Made by a program: the position numbers and the translations under genes. This document shows, in pieces, positions 29,459-39,916 of a stretch of 64,000 nucleotides of DNA. Every line of letters begins with the position of its first letter. The first letter of the stretch is position 1. Source of the DNA: Candidatus Bathyarchaeum tardum (GTDB lineage: Archaea > Thermoproteota > Bathyarchaeia > Bathyarchaeales > Bathyarchaeaceae); contig CP122380.1 in the NCBI GenBank assembly GCA_024650005.2, forward strand, positions 352,001 to 416,000, written 5' to 3'. The notes under the pieces were generated by a model that did no database searches, was not told the origin of the DNA, and saw only the letters and a list, made by a program, of their open reading frames with translations.

Positions 29459-32344
29459 TTATTCAATGTAAATTGCAGGACGATACGGTTTAGCAAACCT
29501 AGCCTTTTGTTGAGGATCTTTAATGTTGGAGTCATCTTCGGTGTAAACGTTAAGTGTAACGTTGAATTCTTTTTCAAAAAATGTTTTGGCTGTTTTCAAC
29601 AATTTTGTTTCGTCTAAAACATCAGCTTGCAGTTGTTTTTGTTTGATGTCTTCGGGCATTCTGTTAATTTCTTGGGAAATTCCTTGAACAAACTTTGCAA
29701 GTTTCCCTGCAACTGGCTTTAGTTCCGGATCCGCCATTAGTTCTTTCATTAATGCTCCGATGACGATGTTGCCTGAACTTGACTTTTTGACGGCACTAAT
29801 GTAGGTTTTCCATTTCCAAGATGCAGCGCAATAGAAGTAAATCTGTTTGGGAACCATCTTTGTTGCTTTAAGAATGTTTGCGGTATCTTCTAGAACGTTT
29901 TTGACCAAATTTTCTGATTCTTCAGCTTGGATGTCTACTTTGTTTTCATCATATTCTGGCCAATTCGTTACTGAAACAAAATCTTCGTATCCCATCTGGC
30001 TGTAAAGCTCTTCACACAGGTAAGGAGCAAAAGGAGCCAACAATCTTGTCCAAGTTTCTAGACCTTGTTTTAAGATCAGTGACTCAAGGTTTTCTGTTCT
30101 TCGGACGTACCATCTGAAGTCGTTCCATACTTCAAACAAGGTATGTTCAAGGGCTGTTCGAGTTTTAAGGGCTTCCATGTTTTCTGTAATTATCTTAATT
30201 TTTTGTTGAAGAACGCTCAGAAGCCATTTTTCCATGTGACCTGTTTGTGAACTTTTTGAGTTTTCGATAATGTTTTCTGCTAAGGTTTGGAAGCCACGAA
30301 GTTTAGTCTTGAAGTCTTTAACTGTGTCTGCTCTCCAGTCGGGGTCGTTCATTCCTTCTCCACCAAGAAGCAAGGCACAACGTGTAGCATCTGCTCCGAA
30401 CTTGTTCAGGGCGTCTTTTAGGGTGATGAAGTTGCCTTTGGATTTAGACATTTTTTTGCTTTCTATGCTGAGCATGCCATTTACGCCCACTGCTTGGGGC
30501 AAATGTTCAGGGAACAATGCAGTATGCTGGAACAAGAAGAAAGTCAAATGGTTGGGAAGCAATTCTTTGGCTGAGATTCGTAAATCCAACGGATACCAGT
30601 AAAGGAATTCGTTACGCATTTCCTCAAGTATTTCGGTTGAAATTTTTGTTTGTTCAGAAATTGTTGCTGGATTGCCTTTTCCATAGAAAAGGTAGTCAAA
30701 CACTTCAAGGGTCAGCTGGTCCCCTTGAATGTTGTATTTTTTTAAATGCTTGTTTATGGTGTAAAATGCCATGTAAACCGTGGAGTCAGTTAATGTTTCA
30801 ACTATCCATCCGGGGCTCCATGGAAGAGCAGTTCCCAGACCGCTTTTTCGTGCGCATGGCCATTCTTTGAGCCAGTCAATTATGTTAAGGAACCATTGAC
30901 GTGCCGAATCCGGATAAATTGAGGCTTGACTCAAGGTGTCTTTGGTTTGTTGTTTCCATTCGGGGTCAGAATATTTCACAAACCATTGTCCCTCCAAAAG
31001 CTTAACAACACACGGAGTCATGCATCGGCAAACTACAGGGTCGGGCAGGTCATACATGGAATCTGCGATGCCTTTTTCTTTAAAGTCAACAATTAAGATG
31101 TCTTTTATTTTGTTGACCGGTTTTCCTGCGTATTCTTCACAGATTGGTTTGAGGGTTCCGCCATGGAACTCTTTTTTGTACAAGGTTTTTGTTGCTTCTT
31201 CGGCTTTGGGGTCATGTTGGTCTTTGATTTCCATTTTTTCTACAAGTTCAACTGCAGGGTATTCTCCAAAGCCTTCTACATTGATTAAGGAAATTGGTTG
31301 AATGTTTTTAACAGTTTGAGGTTCAATTCCAAATTCTTTTAGTAACTCTGGTTTATTTTGCAGGTCCCGCAAAGCCAAATAATCAAAAGGTGCATGAGCC
31401 GGAACGCTGTAGACTACTCCTGTTGCGTTGTCTGGGCTTACAAACCATCCTGGAAGAATCAACATTTTTCGGCTGCTTAAGGGGCTTGTGAATAATTTGC
31501 CGATGATTTGTTTGCCTTTGAAAGTTTCTATGATTGTTACTTTTTTGAGTTGCTGAGTTAATTTGTTGGCGGCTACTTGGCTGATGATCCATGTTTCTCC
31601 ATTTACTTGGGCTTTGACGTAATCTGCGTCGGGGTTTATCCAAATGTTTGTTATTCCGTAGATTGTTTCAGGACGGAATGTTGCCGAGGGTAAGATTGTT
31701 CCATCTTCCATTTTGTATTTGATTAAGGTGTATTCTTCGGCTACGACGCCTTCTCCGGTTTGTCGGTCGTGGTCTCCGGTTGGGCTTTGGTCATGGGGGC
31801 ACCATACAACGGGGTAAGTTCCTTTGATGATGTAGCCTTTATCTCGCAGGCGTTCACATTGCCATTCAACAAATTTGCTAAAAGTAGGATACAATGAAGT
31901 TGTGTGGAATTCTCGTCGCCAGTCCACAGAGTAGCCGATGCGTTTGACGGATTCTCGGCTGTCGTCCGTGTAATATTTTGCCATAAACACGGGATCAACA
32001 AATTTTTTGAGGTTCTCTTCAGAGACTCCGTCCATTTCCCTGAAGGCTCGAATCAAGGTTTCGTCACCGTTTTTTACGCGTTCACTTGCTCCGGCGATGG
32101 TTTCTCCAGTCCAATGCCATGCCCAGGGGAACAAAACGTTGAAGCCTTTCATGCGTTTGTATCGGGCGATTGCGTCCACGCGGGTAGCAGTGAAACCGTG
32201 TCCTACATGAAGAGGACCGTTCATGTACGAAAAAGGAAAAGTGATAAAATATTTTTCTTTATTCGAGTCTGGGTCTGCCTCGAATATTTTGGCGCCTTGC
32301 CATTTTTTTTGCCACTTTTTTTCCATTTGACTAAGAGATGTCAT
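29459..32344 (-). CDS. leuS: Leucine--tRNA ligase (archaeal type)
   Basis: YMNGPLHVGH (HIGH), KMSKSKGN and TFRPET editing-domain motifs. Confidence 0.97.
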   Translation of the reverse strand: MTSLSQMEKKWQKKWQGAKIFEADPDSNKEKYFITFPFSYMNGPLHVGHGFTATRVDAIARYKRMKGFNVLFPWAWHWTGETIAGASERVKNGDETLIRAFREMDGVSEENLKKFVDPVFMAKYYTDDSRESVKRIGYSVDWRREFHTTSLYPTFSKFVEWQCERLRDKGYIIKGTYPVVWCPHDQSPTGDHDRQTGEGVVAEEYTLIKYKMEDGTILPSATFRPETIYGITNIWINPDADYVKAQVNGETWIISQVAANKLTQQLKKVTIIETFKGKQIIGKLFTSPLSSRKMLILPGWFVSPDNATGVVYSVPAHAPFDYLALRDLQNKPELLKEFGIEPQTVKNIQPISLINVEGFGEYPAVELVEKMEIKDQHDPKAEEATKTLYKKEFHGGTLKPICEEYAGKPVNKIKDILIVDFKEKGIADSMYDLPDPVVCRCMTPCVVKLLEGQWFVKYSDPEWKQQTKDTLSQASIYPDSARQWFLNIIDWLKEWPCARKSGLGTALPWSPGWIVETLTDSTVYMAFYTINKHLKKYNIQGDQLTLEVFDYLFYGKGNPATISEQTKISTEILEEMRNEFLYWYPLDLRISAKELLPNHLTFFLFQHTALFPEHLPQAVGVNGMLSIESKKMSKSKGNFITLKDALNKFGADATRCALLLGGEGMNDPDWRADTVKDFKTKLRGFQTLAENIIENSKSSQTGHMEKWLLSVLQQKIKIITENMEALKTRTALEHTLFEVWNDFRWYVRRTENLESLILKQGLETWTRLLAPFAPYLCEELYSQMGYEDFVSVTNWPEYDENKVDIQAEESENLVKNVLEDTANILKATKMVPKQIYFYCAASWKWKTYISAVKKSSSGNIVIGALMKELMADPELKPVAGKLAKFVQGISQEINRMPEDIKQKQLQADVLDETKLLKTAKTFFEKEFNVTLNVYTEDDSNIKDPQQKARFAKPYRPAIYIE

Positions 32345-33008
32345 TAAACCATTTGGAGTGCCCAGAAAGTTAAAAGTGTTTTCAGTCACCCAAACAAACA
32401 ATACAACAATTCGCTATTGTTTTACTATCATCTTTGTGAACTTGAAAACTAGTTGGGTGCTGCGCAGAAATGATTTCAAAAATAATGCCTTGGATTAATT
32501 TAAACAAGCAATGGAACTCGCAGATTTTGTTCTTAAAAGGTCGAAGCAATATGAAATTCGCTCTGATTTAGACACTAACTATCCAGCGAAGGGAAAATTT
32601 TAAACAAAAAACAGCAGATTGTAACAGTCATGCAACAATATAGTGTTACAATTCTACAATAAAACAATGTTTTTACACTTTCAATCCAAGCCATAAAATC
32701 AGAAAAAACCAACCACTTTAACCTAGTAGTTGTTGTGAATTACCTGTACAAAAAACAACAACTTCTACCTGTGATTTTCTGAAGCTTTCTTTGGGCTTGT
32801 AACCTAATTCTTCAAACTTTTTTGAAGCGACATTTTCTTCATCTTTCCAACTTTTGGGAATTAGTTTTTTAATTGTAGCTTTTCTTTTTGTATGTTTTAT
32901 TATTGTTATTTTTACAAATCGTGTTGAGAACTTTATCCCGTTGTTCTATACTAGTGAAAAGTTTAGACCTTTTTGGTACAACGGTTTATTGTATTGTGGT
33001 AATTCTAG

Positions 33009-33047
33009 GTGCAGTTTAAACGGCAATAATGCCGTTTAGTTTTGCAC
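33009..33047 (-). terminator. Stem-loop immediately downstream of rpl40e
   Basis: GTGCA..TAAACGGCA-ATAA-TGCCGTTTA..TGCAC. Confidence 0.45.
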
Positions 33048-33052
33048 TGGTT

Positions 33053-33214
33053 TTAGCGTACTACTTCTCGTTTCTTCCATCGCAGGTTTTTGCTTCTGCA
33101 TTTTCTGCATTTGACTGCAGCGGAAGAGTTTCTGCCTCCACATTCTCGACAAATTTTCATGTAGAGTCTGTGTTTTTGGGCAAGGGTTTTTTTGAAAGGG
33201 TCCATTATTGGCAA
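33053..33214 (-). CDS. rpl40e: 50S ribosomal protein L40e (53 aa, not in ORF track)
   Basis: MPIMDPFKKTLAQKHRLYMKICRECGGRNSSAAVKCRKCRSKNLRWKKRE. Confidence 0.93.
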   Translation of the reverse strand: MPIMDPFKKTLAQKHRLYMKICRECGGRNSSAAVKCRKCRSKNLRWKKREVVR

Positions 33215-33473
33215 TTTTGTTATTTCTCCGTTAGTATAAGCTTAGTTACGATTCAAATCAGCCCTAACCTAAATATGTTTTCCTTTGCCTTGATGTTTTG
33301 CCTTGTTTTCTTCATTGAATAAATTTATTTTTTACTAGGATTTTTTGACGAAAAATTTCACAGTCTAGTGTTTTTGGTCTTGTTAACTTATACCACAATG
33401 TATTTATTGTGCTACAAAAATGCATAGAAAGTTCAAATGAACATAAAAACAAAGGAGCGAGGCGGTAAAACTG

Positions 33474-33749
33474 GTGGACGACAACTCTGTGTTGATTGGA
33501 CGAAAACCAGTAATGAATTATGTTTTGGCTTGCTTGTCCCTTTTCCATGCGGGAGCAACTGAAGTTTCCGTAAAGGCCAGAGGAAAAGCAATCAGCAGGG
33601 CTGTTGACGTTGCTGAAGTTACCAAACGACGGTTCATGCCCGACCTTAAAATCCAAAAGATTGGAATTGGCACCGAATTGTTGGATGTTGTTCAAGAAGG
33701 TAGTGCTCCATCAAATGTTAGCACTATCGAAATAGTCTTGGCGAAATAA
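33474..33749 (+). CDS. albA: DNA/RNA-binding protein Alba
   Basis: [36 protein letters not shown]. Confidence 0.96.
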   Translation: MDDNSVLIGRKPVMNYVLACLSLFHAGATEVSVKARGKAISRAVDVAEVTKRRFMPDLKIQKIGIGTELLDVVQEGSAPSNVSTIEIVLAK

Positions 33750-33767
33750 AAAACGCAAGTTTAAAAG

Positions 33768-34319
33768 GTGCCGCCGCTACAACTCCCTTGTCTCATGGAG
33801 GATAAAGACGACGTGAAAACGGAACTATGCAATTTCTGCCTGAAAAGCGGAATACTGTGCGCAAAGTGTCAAGGCAAACTTAAGTCAGGTGATGTCACTG
33901 ACGTAGATTTTACTGTAGCCCGTTTACTGTTGTCTATGGAAGAAGAATATTCTGCCCTTCAGGAAATACGTTTTCACAAAGCCGTAGAAGCCGACAGAAT
34001 ACTCGCAATCCTTGTAGGAAAAGGCGATGTTCCACGTCTGTTAAGCCATGGCGGAAAAGTCGTAAAAGCTATTGGCGAAAAGACCGGAAAAACTGTCAGA
34101 GTATTAGAATATGGCGTTCCTGAACGAAAATTCTTAGAAGACCTTTTTGTGCCCCTGAGTATTTTAACAATAAACAAGATTTGGTTACCCGATGGAACAA
34201 CAGAAACCCGTGTTATCCTCAACCGAGGAAGACGAAAACGTGTTCCTAACGTCAAAGCATCCAAAGAATTAGCAGAAAAAATCCGCGGAATGACCATCCG
34301 CGTCGAATTCGCAAAATAA
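33768..34319 (+). CDS. Archaeal NusA-like KH-domain protein with N-terminal Cys cluster
   Basis: CNFCLKSGILCAKC, KH-like GGKVVKAI, and WLPDG. Confidence 0.82.
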   Translation: MPPLQLPCLMEDKDDVKTELCNFCLKSGILCAKCQGKLKSGDVTDVDFTVARLLLSMEEEYSALQEIRFHKAVEADRILAILVGKGDVPRLLSHGGKVVKAIGEKTGKTVRVLEYGVPERKFLEDLFVPLSILTINKIWLPDGTTETRVILNRGRRKRVPNVKASKELAEKIRGMTIRVEFAK

Positions 34320-35657
34320 ATGTGTGATGATTCCCAAATGGAACTAGACAAAATGGGCGATTGGAGAAGAACCCATTACGCAGCAGATGTTGGTCCTGAA
34401 ATTGACGGACAAGAAATCTCAGTTTTTGGATGGGTTCAAGAAATCCGTGACCTAGGCGGTTTACGTTTTGTTATCCTGCAAGACAAAACTGGTCAACTGC
34501 AGATTACTATTCATAAAAACAAAGTAGCTGCCGATGTAGTAGAGAAAGGGCGTTCTTTGCAAAAACAATACAGCATCGGAGTTAAAGGAACCGTCAAACA
34601 AATGAAAAACGCTCCCGGAGGAGCAGAAATCATTCCTACGGAACTTCGAATATTCAGTGTTTCTCAGCAGCCTTTGCCTTTGGACATAACTGGCAGAACA
34701 AAAGCTGAAATTGATGTCCGCCTTGATTCCCGTGTTTTGGATCTGCGGCGAGAAGAAAACCAAGCAATTTTTAGGGTTCAGCATGTTGCCTTACAAGCTG
34801 CTCGTAATTTCTTTTCAGAAAATGGTTTCATGGAAGTGTTCACTCCCAGAATTATTGTTTCTGCCACCGAAGGTGGTGCAGCACTGTTTCCAGTGGCTTA
34901 TTTTGATCGTGAAGCTTTCTTGGCTCAGAGTCCTCAGCTGTACAAAGAGCAGTTATGTTTAGATTTTGAGCAAGTCTTCGAAATTGGTCCATTCTTCCGA
35001 GCTGAAGAATCCCATACCCGCCGTCATGTAAGTGAATTCATTTCAGTTGACATCGAAAAAGCTTTTGCAAACGCCGAAGATGTCATGCAGGTTTTGGAAA
35101 ATCTGATTCATCACGTTTGTAAGTATGTGGCAGAAAACTGTAAACGGGAACTTGAACTCTTAGAGTACGAAATTGTAGTTCCTGAGGTTCCTTTCAAACG
35201 TTTGACTTATTCTGAAGTTTTAGAAGAACTTGAACAAAACAATGTTCACATCAACTGGGGAGAAGACATCCCAACGGTTGCCTACAGGGCTCTTGGAGAA
35301 CTGCATCCTTACTATTACTTCATTACTGACTGGCCAACTAAAGCTAAAGCTTTCTACATTAAACCCAAAGACGACAACCCTGAACTCAGCGAAGGTTTTG
35401 ATTTAATGTGGCACTGGATGGAATTATCCTCTGGTGGCGCACGAATCCACGACAAAGAACTGTTGATGAAACGTCTAGAAGAACAAGGTCTGAGCACTGA
35501 ATCTTTCAAAAGCCATTTGCAAAACTTCGACTATGGCATGCCCCCTCACGCTGGATGGGGACTGGGTCTAGCACGATTTGTGATGGTTTTAACTGGAGTC
35601 AAAAACATCCGCGAAGTAATATTATTCCCTCGTGACCAGCTTCGACTAACACCCTAA
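34320..35657 (+). CDS. aspS: Aspartate--tRNA ligase (archaeal)
   Basis: WRRTHY, TEGGA, LAQSPQLYK, FRAEESHTRRH and GMPPHAGWGLG motifs. Confidence 0.97.
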   Translation: MCDDSQMELDKMGDWRRTHYAADVGPEIDGQEISVFGWVQEIRDLGGLRFVILQDKTGQLQITIHKNKVAADVVEKGRSLQKQYSIGVKGTVKQMKNAPGGAEIIPTELRIFSVSQQPLPLDITGRTKAEIDVRLDSRVLDLRREENQAIFRVQHVALQAARNFFSENGFMEVFTPRIIVSATEGGAALFPVAYFDREAFLAQSPQLYKEQLCLDFEQVFEIGPFFRAEESHTRRHVSEFISVDIEKAFANAEDVMQVLENLIHHVCKYVAENCKRELELLEYEIVVPEVPFKRLTYSEVLEELEQNNVHINWGEDIPTVAYRALGELHPYYYFITDWPTKAKAFYIKPKDDNPELSEGFDLMWHWMELSSGGARIHDKELLMKRLEEQGLSTESFKSHLQNFDYGMPPHAGWGLGLARFVMVLTGVKNIREVILFPRDQLRLTP

Positions 35658-35667
35658 ACTGTTACAA

Positions 35668-37032
35668 CTAGTAACCTGATGATATCACGTCTTGGGGCTT
35701 CATGAATTCTCGCAAAACTACAGTTGCGTAGCTGCCTCTGTTCAAATTAAAAGCAAGCTTCAGCGTCTGCTTTCCCTCGTTTTCTTTGTCTTCAGCAATT
35801 TCTTCTAAAACCAAATTCCAAACCGGATTCAAAACAGCCCGAACTTTTCCTTCAGCTGTTGCTTCAGGCATTAAGGCAATCTTAAAACAATCACGTGAAA
35901 CATCTTCGGCTTCCAAAATTACTTGTTCAAGTTCACCTTGCATCCCTTTTGAAGGTGGCTGATTTGGACCAACCAAGGGTATGGCGAGTGCCATTTTATC
36001 TTCTTTCATGAACTGTGTGACGAGTTTGATGTTAATTTTGTTCACTTGTTCATGTTTATCTGTTGGCAAGCCGTTTTTGTCAAGCCAAATCGCGTAATCT
36101 CCCATCTGGGGATCATCAAGGGGGATGCCTTGTCGTATGCGTTCGCTCAAAAATCTGTTAAACAGATACGACTGAAAGGCTTGAACAAACAGTTTACGAA
36201 GCCGCCGAGGCAATTCCCTGAATGCCCCAATAAAATCTGTGGGATTTTTTGTTAAGTACCGTAACATAAAGTGTTCATAGCGCAAAAATCTGGGGAACTT
36301 TTCTAGGGCTTCTTCAAAGTTCATAGTATCCTGTAACTGTTGTCGGGCTTCTCGGGCTTCAGCATGTTCATGAATGCTAGGCGTTGCAAGAAACTCAAGG
36401 GCTGCTTTTTTGGGCTCATTTCTTGTTAAGTATTTGCCGATTAGGTGTGTGTTTGGGCGAGTAGTTCCGAAGCGTTGGTGACCAAAAAAGTTAGGGACTC
36501 CCCCTATTTTTTCTATTTGTTTTGTAACTTTTGTTGTGGTTTTTTCAATAACTGAAACTGGCTGGTTAATTTCTCGTATTGTAATGTGGAACCTGTTGCC
36601 TTTGATTAGTTCAGAATACATTCTTTGGTGGGAAAAAAATCGAGGATAAACTGTAATGTCCCTGATTTGCAGACCCAAAACATGGTTTGGGGTCACGTTC
36701 TGTATACTGATATGCTGACCGGTTAAGGCATTGGTGTCTTTGATTCCGGCAAACCTGACTCTTTTTTGGTTAATGTGCATGCGGTCTGCCACTTCTCTGA
36801 CTGCTAAAAACGTGTCCCATCTGCGCTTAACTAATACACAGATAAGATTTTGTCCTTCACCCGTGGGGATCCATTCTTCAATGGGCGGATTCACTTCTGC
36901 TAGGGTGCCATCTGTTAACAGTTCTTCAACAACAAAATCATCTATTAGTTGCTTGATTTTTCCCCCAATTCCCTCTGATTGAGTGGCGTAAACTTCCATG
37001 CCCAAATCATGTTCTATTTGTGGAACCTGCAA
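35668..37032 (-). CDS. truD: tRNA pseudouridine(13) synthase
   Basis: DFVVEE, AGIKD, PNFFGHQRFG and GSYATVVLRE motifs. Confidence 0.96.
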   Translation of the reverse strand: MQVPQIEHDLGMEVYATQSEGIGGKIKQLIDDFVVEELLTDGTLAEVNPPIEEWIPTGEGQNLICVLVKRRWDTFLAVREVADRMHINQKRVRFAGIKDTNALTGQHISIQNVTPNHVLGLQIRDITVYPRFFSHQRMYSELIKGNRFHITIREINQPVSVIEKTTTKVTKQIEKIGGVPNFFGHQRFGTTRPNTHLIGKYLTRNEPKKAALEFLATPSIHEHAEAREARQQLQDTMNFEEALEKFPRFLRYEHFMLRYLTKNPTDFIGAFRELPRRLRKLFVQAFQSYLFNRFLSERIRQGIPLDDPQMGDYAIWLDKNGLPTDKHEQVNKINIKLVTQFMKEDKMALAIPLVGPNQPPSKGMQGELEQVILEAEDVSRDCFKIALMPEATAEGKVRAVLNPVWNLVLEEIAEDKENEGKQTLKLAFNLNRGSYATVVLREFMKPQDVISSGY

Positions 37033-37041
37033 CTTTTTTCC

Positions 37042-37428
37042 TCAAAGCAAACTCAATTTTCCAGTAATCGCGTCCACCTTACTGGCGGGACCAGGACCTA
37101 TTCCCAAACATGTAGTAGTGTTCGGTGGAATTTCAGTTAAACCTCGATCAACAATCAATGCAACTGGAAGTTTGGCGTTACGGGCTTGACGTTCTAGATT
37201 AATTATTTCGTCTTCAGATCTTGCTTTTACAGCAATTTTTCGTTGCCCTTCATTTATCCAAGGATTCCACCATTCGGGGCGGTTTTTTCGTGCATACTCG
37301 GACGCCGAAACTGCAGCATGACCCGCTTGAGCAGCAATTTTGCCCTTGCTCATTTTGATGTCTGTTCGTATTACTATTACCAGTTTGTACTCGAAAGCCG
37401 ACGAATCAACAGTTGTTCTTCCAGTCAT
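37042..37428 (-). CDS. pth2: Peptidyl-tRNA hydrolase Pth2
   Basis: MSKGKIAAQAGHA, DRGLTEI and LGIGP motifs. Confidence 0.96.
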   Translation of the reverse strand: MTGRTTVDSSAFEYKLVIVIRTDIKMSKGKIAAQAGHAAVSASEYARKNRPEWWNPWINEGQRKIAVKARSEDEIINLERQARNAKLPVALIVDRGLTEIPPNTTTCLGIGPGPASKVDAITGKLSLL

Positions 37429-37618
37429 CGTTTTTTGCCTCACCAGTAACTACAGTGATGTTTTCTTCCTCTAAAATACTTCCATCCCCAACTTTAATGG
37501 CGAGAATGCGAAGTCAACCACGACCAAACAAAATACCCAACCACGGTCAAAGTTCCGGGATAACGCATCATCGAAATAAGCGAACGACCCTGAAAATCCA
37601 CATCCCCAACTTTTTCCA
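37328..37618. repeat. Direct repeat copy 1 (pth2 5' end, intergenic DNA and a divergent GGR 3' end)
   Basis: 37328..37489 matches 39917..40078 with one mismatch; a diverged match continues to 37618/40202. Confidence 0.92.
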
Positions 37619-37622
37619 GCAA

Positions 37623-37754
37623 TTATCCGCCTGTTGCTTTGTCGTTGCCTATACAGCAGGTGCAACCATCAGTTTCACCACAGTATGGGCAAACACATTT
37701 ACAATCGTCGATAAAGTTTCTGCATTTCTCGCAACGGGGACGATCTTCTTCCAT
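37623..37754 (-). CDS. 43 aa Cys-rich protein ending in Gly-Gly
   Basis: MEEDRPRCEKCRNFIDDCKCVCPYCGETDGCTCCIGNDKATGG (9 Cys). Confidence 0.72.
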   Translation of the reverse strand: MEEDRPRCEKCRNFIDDCKCVCPYCGETDGCTCCIGNDKATGG

Positions 37755-38016
37755 CCACTTGCGCCTTCTACATTTAGAGCAGTGGTTTAAAACTATAATT
37801 AATGTTTCGGAACAACCACTTAAAGAAAAAACGGTAAAAAACTTGTTTACCAATCTATTAGGCTGCAAATAGCAGTTGTATACATATACCTATGGAGGTA
37901 GGTGCGTAATGACTTTTTTTAGCCTAACGCAGGTTTATGCCAGCAAAAGTGAACTGTTTTTTTGCATTTTAGTTTTCTACAAAACCGGAGGACATCAACT
38001 ATACAGATTATGCAGG

Positions 38017-39234
38017 TTACTTTTGGTAGTAAACGTCATTACCACTTTGATTGGCTGTGTTGCCAGAAACTTTGCCTCCAGACGAATTAAAACTGCCGTT
38101 TCCAACATAGACACCGCCGCCATAATTTGCCGTGTTACCAGAAATCACACCACCACTCATATTGAACTCATAATCACTGCACACACCGCCACCAAGATTA
38201 CCTGCTTTATTGTTAGAAATCACGCCTTCAGACATGTTAAAAGTGCTCCACATAAAATAGTTAAGCACACCACCACCCTTATCCCATGCAACATTATCCG
38301 AAATCACACCACCACTCATACTAACAGTACCATAAAAATTGTGCACACCACCACCAACGCTGGCTGTGTTGCCACAAATAACTCCACCATCTAAACTAAA
38401 TATACTCCACCTGTTAAACACGCCACCACCAGCCTCGGCTGTGTTACCAGAAATTTCACCACCACTCATACTAAAATTCAAAGCATTAAACACGCCACCA
38501 CCATAACCACAACCATAGAAACCACTAACGCTTTCCTCGCCACTACCAATACTTACTGTGTTACCAGAAATTTTGCCGCCAGTCATTTCAAACGTGCCAT
38601 AGTTAAGTACGCCGCCCCCACCAATGTAAGCTGTGTTGCTAGAGATTTCACCACCAATCATACTAAAAGTTCCTAAATTTACCACGCCACCACCCCACTC
38701 TCCATTAGGCGTCATATAATCCTTAGGCATAGTGTTATTACAAATCACACCACTATACAATATTAATGCACTACCAAAATCGGCAAATACCCCGCTACCA
38801 TAAACACCCTTTTCATGGGTCACAACAACACCATCAAGTCGCAACACACCATCAGTCTCAACAATGATAGCGCTCTGGTTATTTGCACCAATCAACTTGT
38901 AAAACCCATTTTCAATGTTACTGCTTGTTAGAGTGATCTCTTTACCTGCTGGAATGATAAGGGCTTCTGTAAGCTCAATATCACCATCAAGAGTAATAAC
39001 GGTAGGTCCTACAGCATTATTAACTGCCTCTTCAAGTTCAGCTTCAGAAGTTGTTGTTATGGAAGTTTCAGGAGTTTTTGTCATAAAAGGAAAAGCACCA
39101 TTAAAAACCAAAAATAAACAAGAAAAAACTAAGACTATAATGAACAGTAAAAAAACAAAAAGCAAAACCTTCCTTCTGCCACTACTATGAATAGTGTGCA
39201 AATTAAATTTGAACCCAACATTTTTCACACCCAC
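38017..39234 (-). CDS. Membrane-anchored beta-helix repeat surface protein (GGGV repeats, Pmp/adhesin-like)
   Basis: N-terminal TM segment and repeated F.MSGG.ISGNTA..GGGV units. Confidence 0.85.
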   Translation of the reverse strand: MGVKNVGFKFNLHTIHSSGRRKVLLFVFLLFIIVLVFSCLFLVFNGAFPFMTKTPETSITTTSEAELEEAVNNAVGPTVITLDGDIELTEALIIPAGKEITLTSSNIENGFYKLIGANNQSAIIVETDGVLRLDGVVVTHEKGVYGSGVFADFGSALILYSGVICNNTMPKDYMTPNGEWGGGVVNLGTFSMIGGEISSNTAYIGGGGVLNYGTFEMTGGKISGNTVSIGSGEESVSGFYGCGYGGGVFNALNFSMSGGEISGNTAEAGGGVFNRWSIFSLDGGVICGNTASVGGGVHNFYGTVSMSGGVISDNVAWDKGGGVLNYFMWSTFNMSEGVISNNKAGNLGGGVCSDYEFNMSGGVISGNTANYGGGVYVGNGSFNSSGGKVSGNTANQSGNDVYYQK

Positions 39235-39298
39235 ACAGATAACCTCTACAGAAACACATCAGCAAACTTGAAAAAAATTAACAAATAAAAAGAAATAT

Positions 39299-39724
39299 TT
39301 AGTCACCGATTTGGGTGCCAGCAGATCTTGACTCATTTAGCGCAGACGCTAAAATATGTTCGTATTCTCCAATTTGTACTATTAACGTCTCATTTATCTC
39401 AGATGGCGACATATTTTGGTACTCTTCAAGTGATACTACTACAGGAGGCTCTGATGCAATAGGGATGTCTACAGGAACACCTGTTGTCAATCCAGCTGAA
39501 ATCATCACTTTATTCATCCGTTCATACTCAGTAGCATCACCATTACTCACATACATAGCATACATTTGACAGAATTCTTCAAAACTTACTGGACGTTCTG
39601 AGTCATTTGAAGTAGCAGAAGCGCTCAGAATCGCTACATAACTGTTACAAACCATTGCAGCTACAAGAACAAAAAATATTGATAGCCACAATAATTTTAC
39701 ATTTGTTAATTTTTTATTCGGCAT
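39299..39724 (-). CDS. Secreted hypothetical protein
   Basis: Signal peptide-like N-terminus. Confidence 0.6.
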   Translation of the reverse strand: MPNKKLTNVKLLWLSIFFVLVAAMVCNSYVAILSASATSNDSERPVSFEEFCQMYAMYVSNGDATEYERMNKVMISAGLTTGVPVDIPIASEPPVVVSLEEYQNMSPSEINETLIVQIGEYEHILASALNESRSAGTQIGD

Positions 39725-39916
39725 TTTGTATCAACAGTTACTATTTAAAATAAATAGCCATATTTTACTCTCCTGGAAGAACAGTCTGTTCTTTCTAGAG
39801 AACAGTATCTTTCTTGTTGTTCTATAGCAAGACGATAAAAAGCGCTACTATACAAATTTTTGTTATGCTGTACAAACGAATTCTAAAATGATCTCACAAC
39901 GCTCACTTATTTCGCC

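Noticed and set aside
32720-32910. Minus-strand fragment ENVASKKFEELGY resembling a GNAT C-terminus
   Set aside because: No start codon or further motifs; too little to call.
32854-33695. ORF-track entries 32854..33039, 33029..33322 and 33312..33695
   Set aside because: The latter two are antisense shadows of rpl40e and alba; the first is a low-complexity AT-rich frame with no support.
37876-38394. 172 aa Thr/His-rich plus-strand ORF
   Set aside because: Antisense shadow of the GGT/GTG-rich beta-helix gene.
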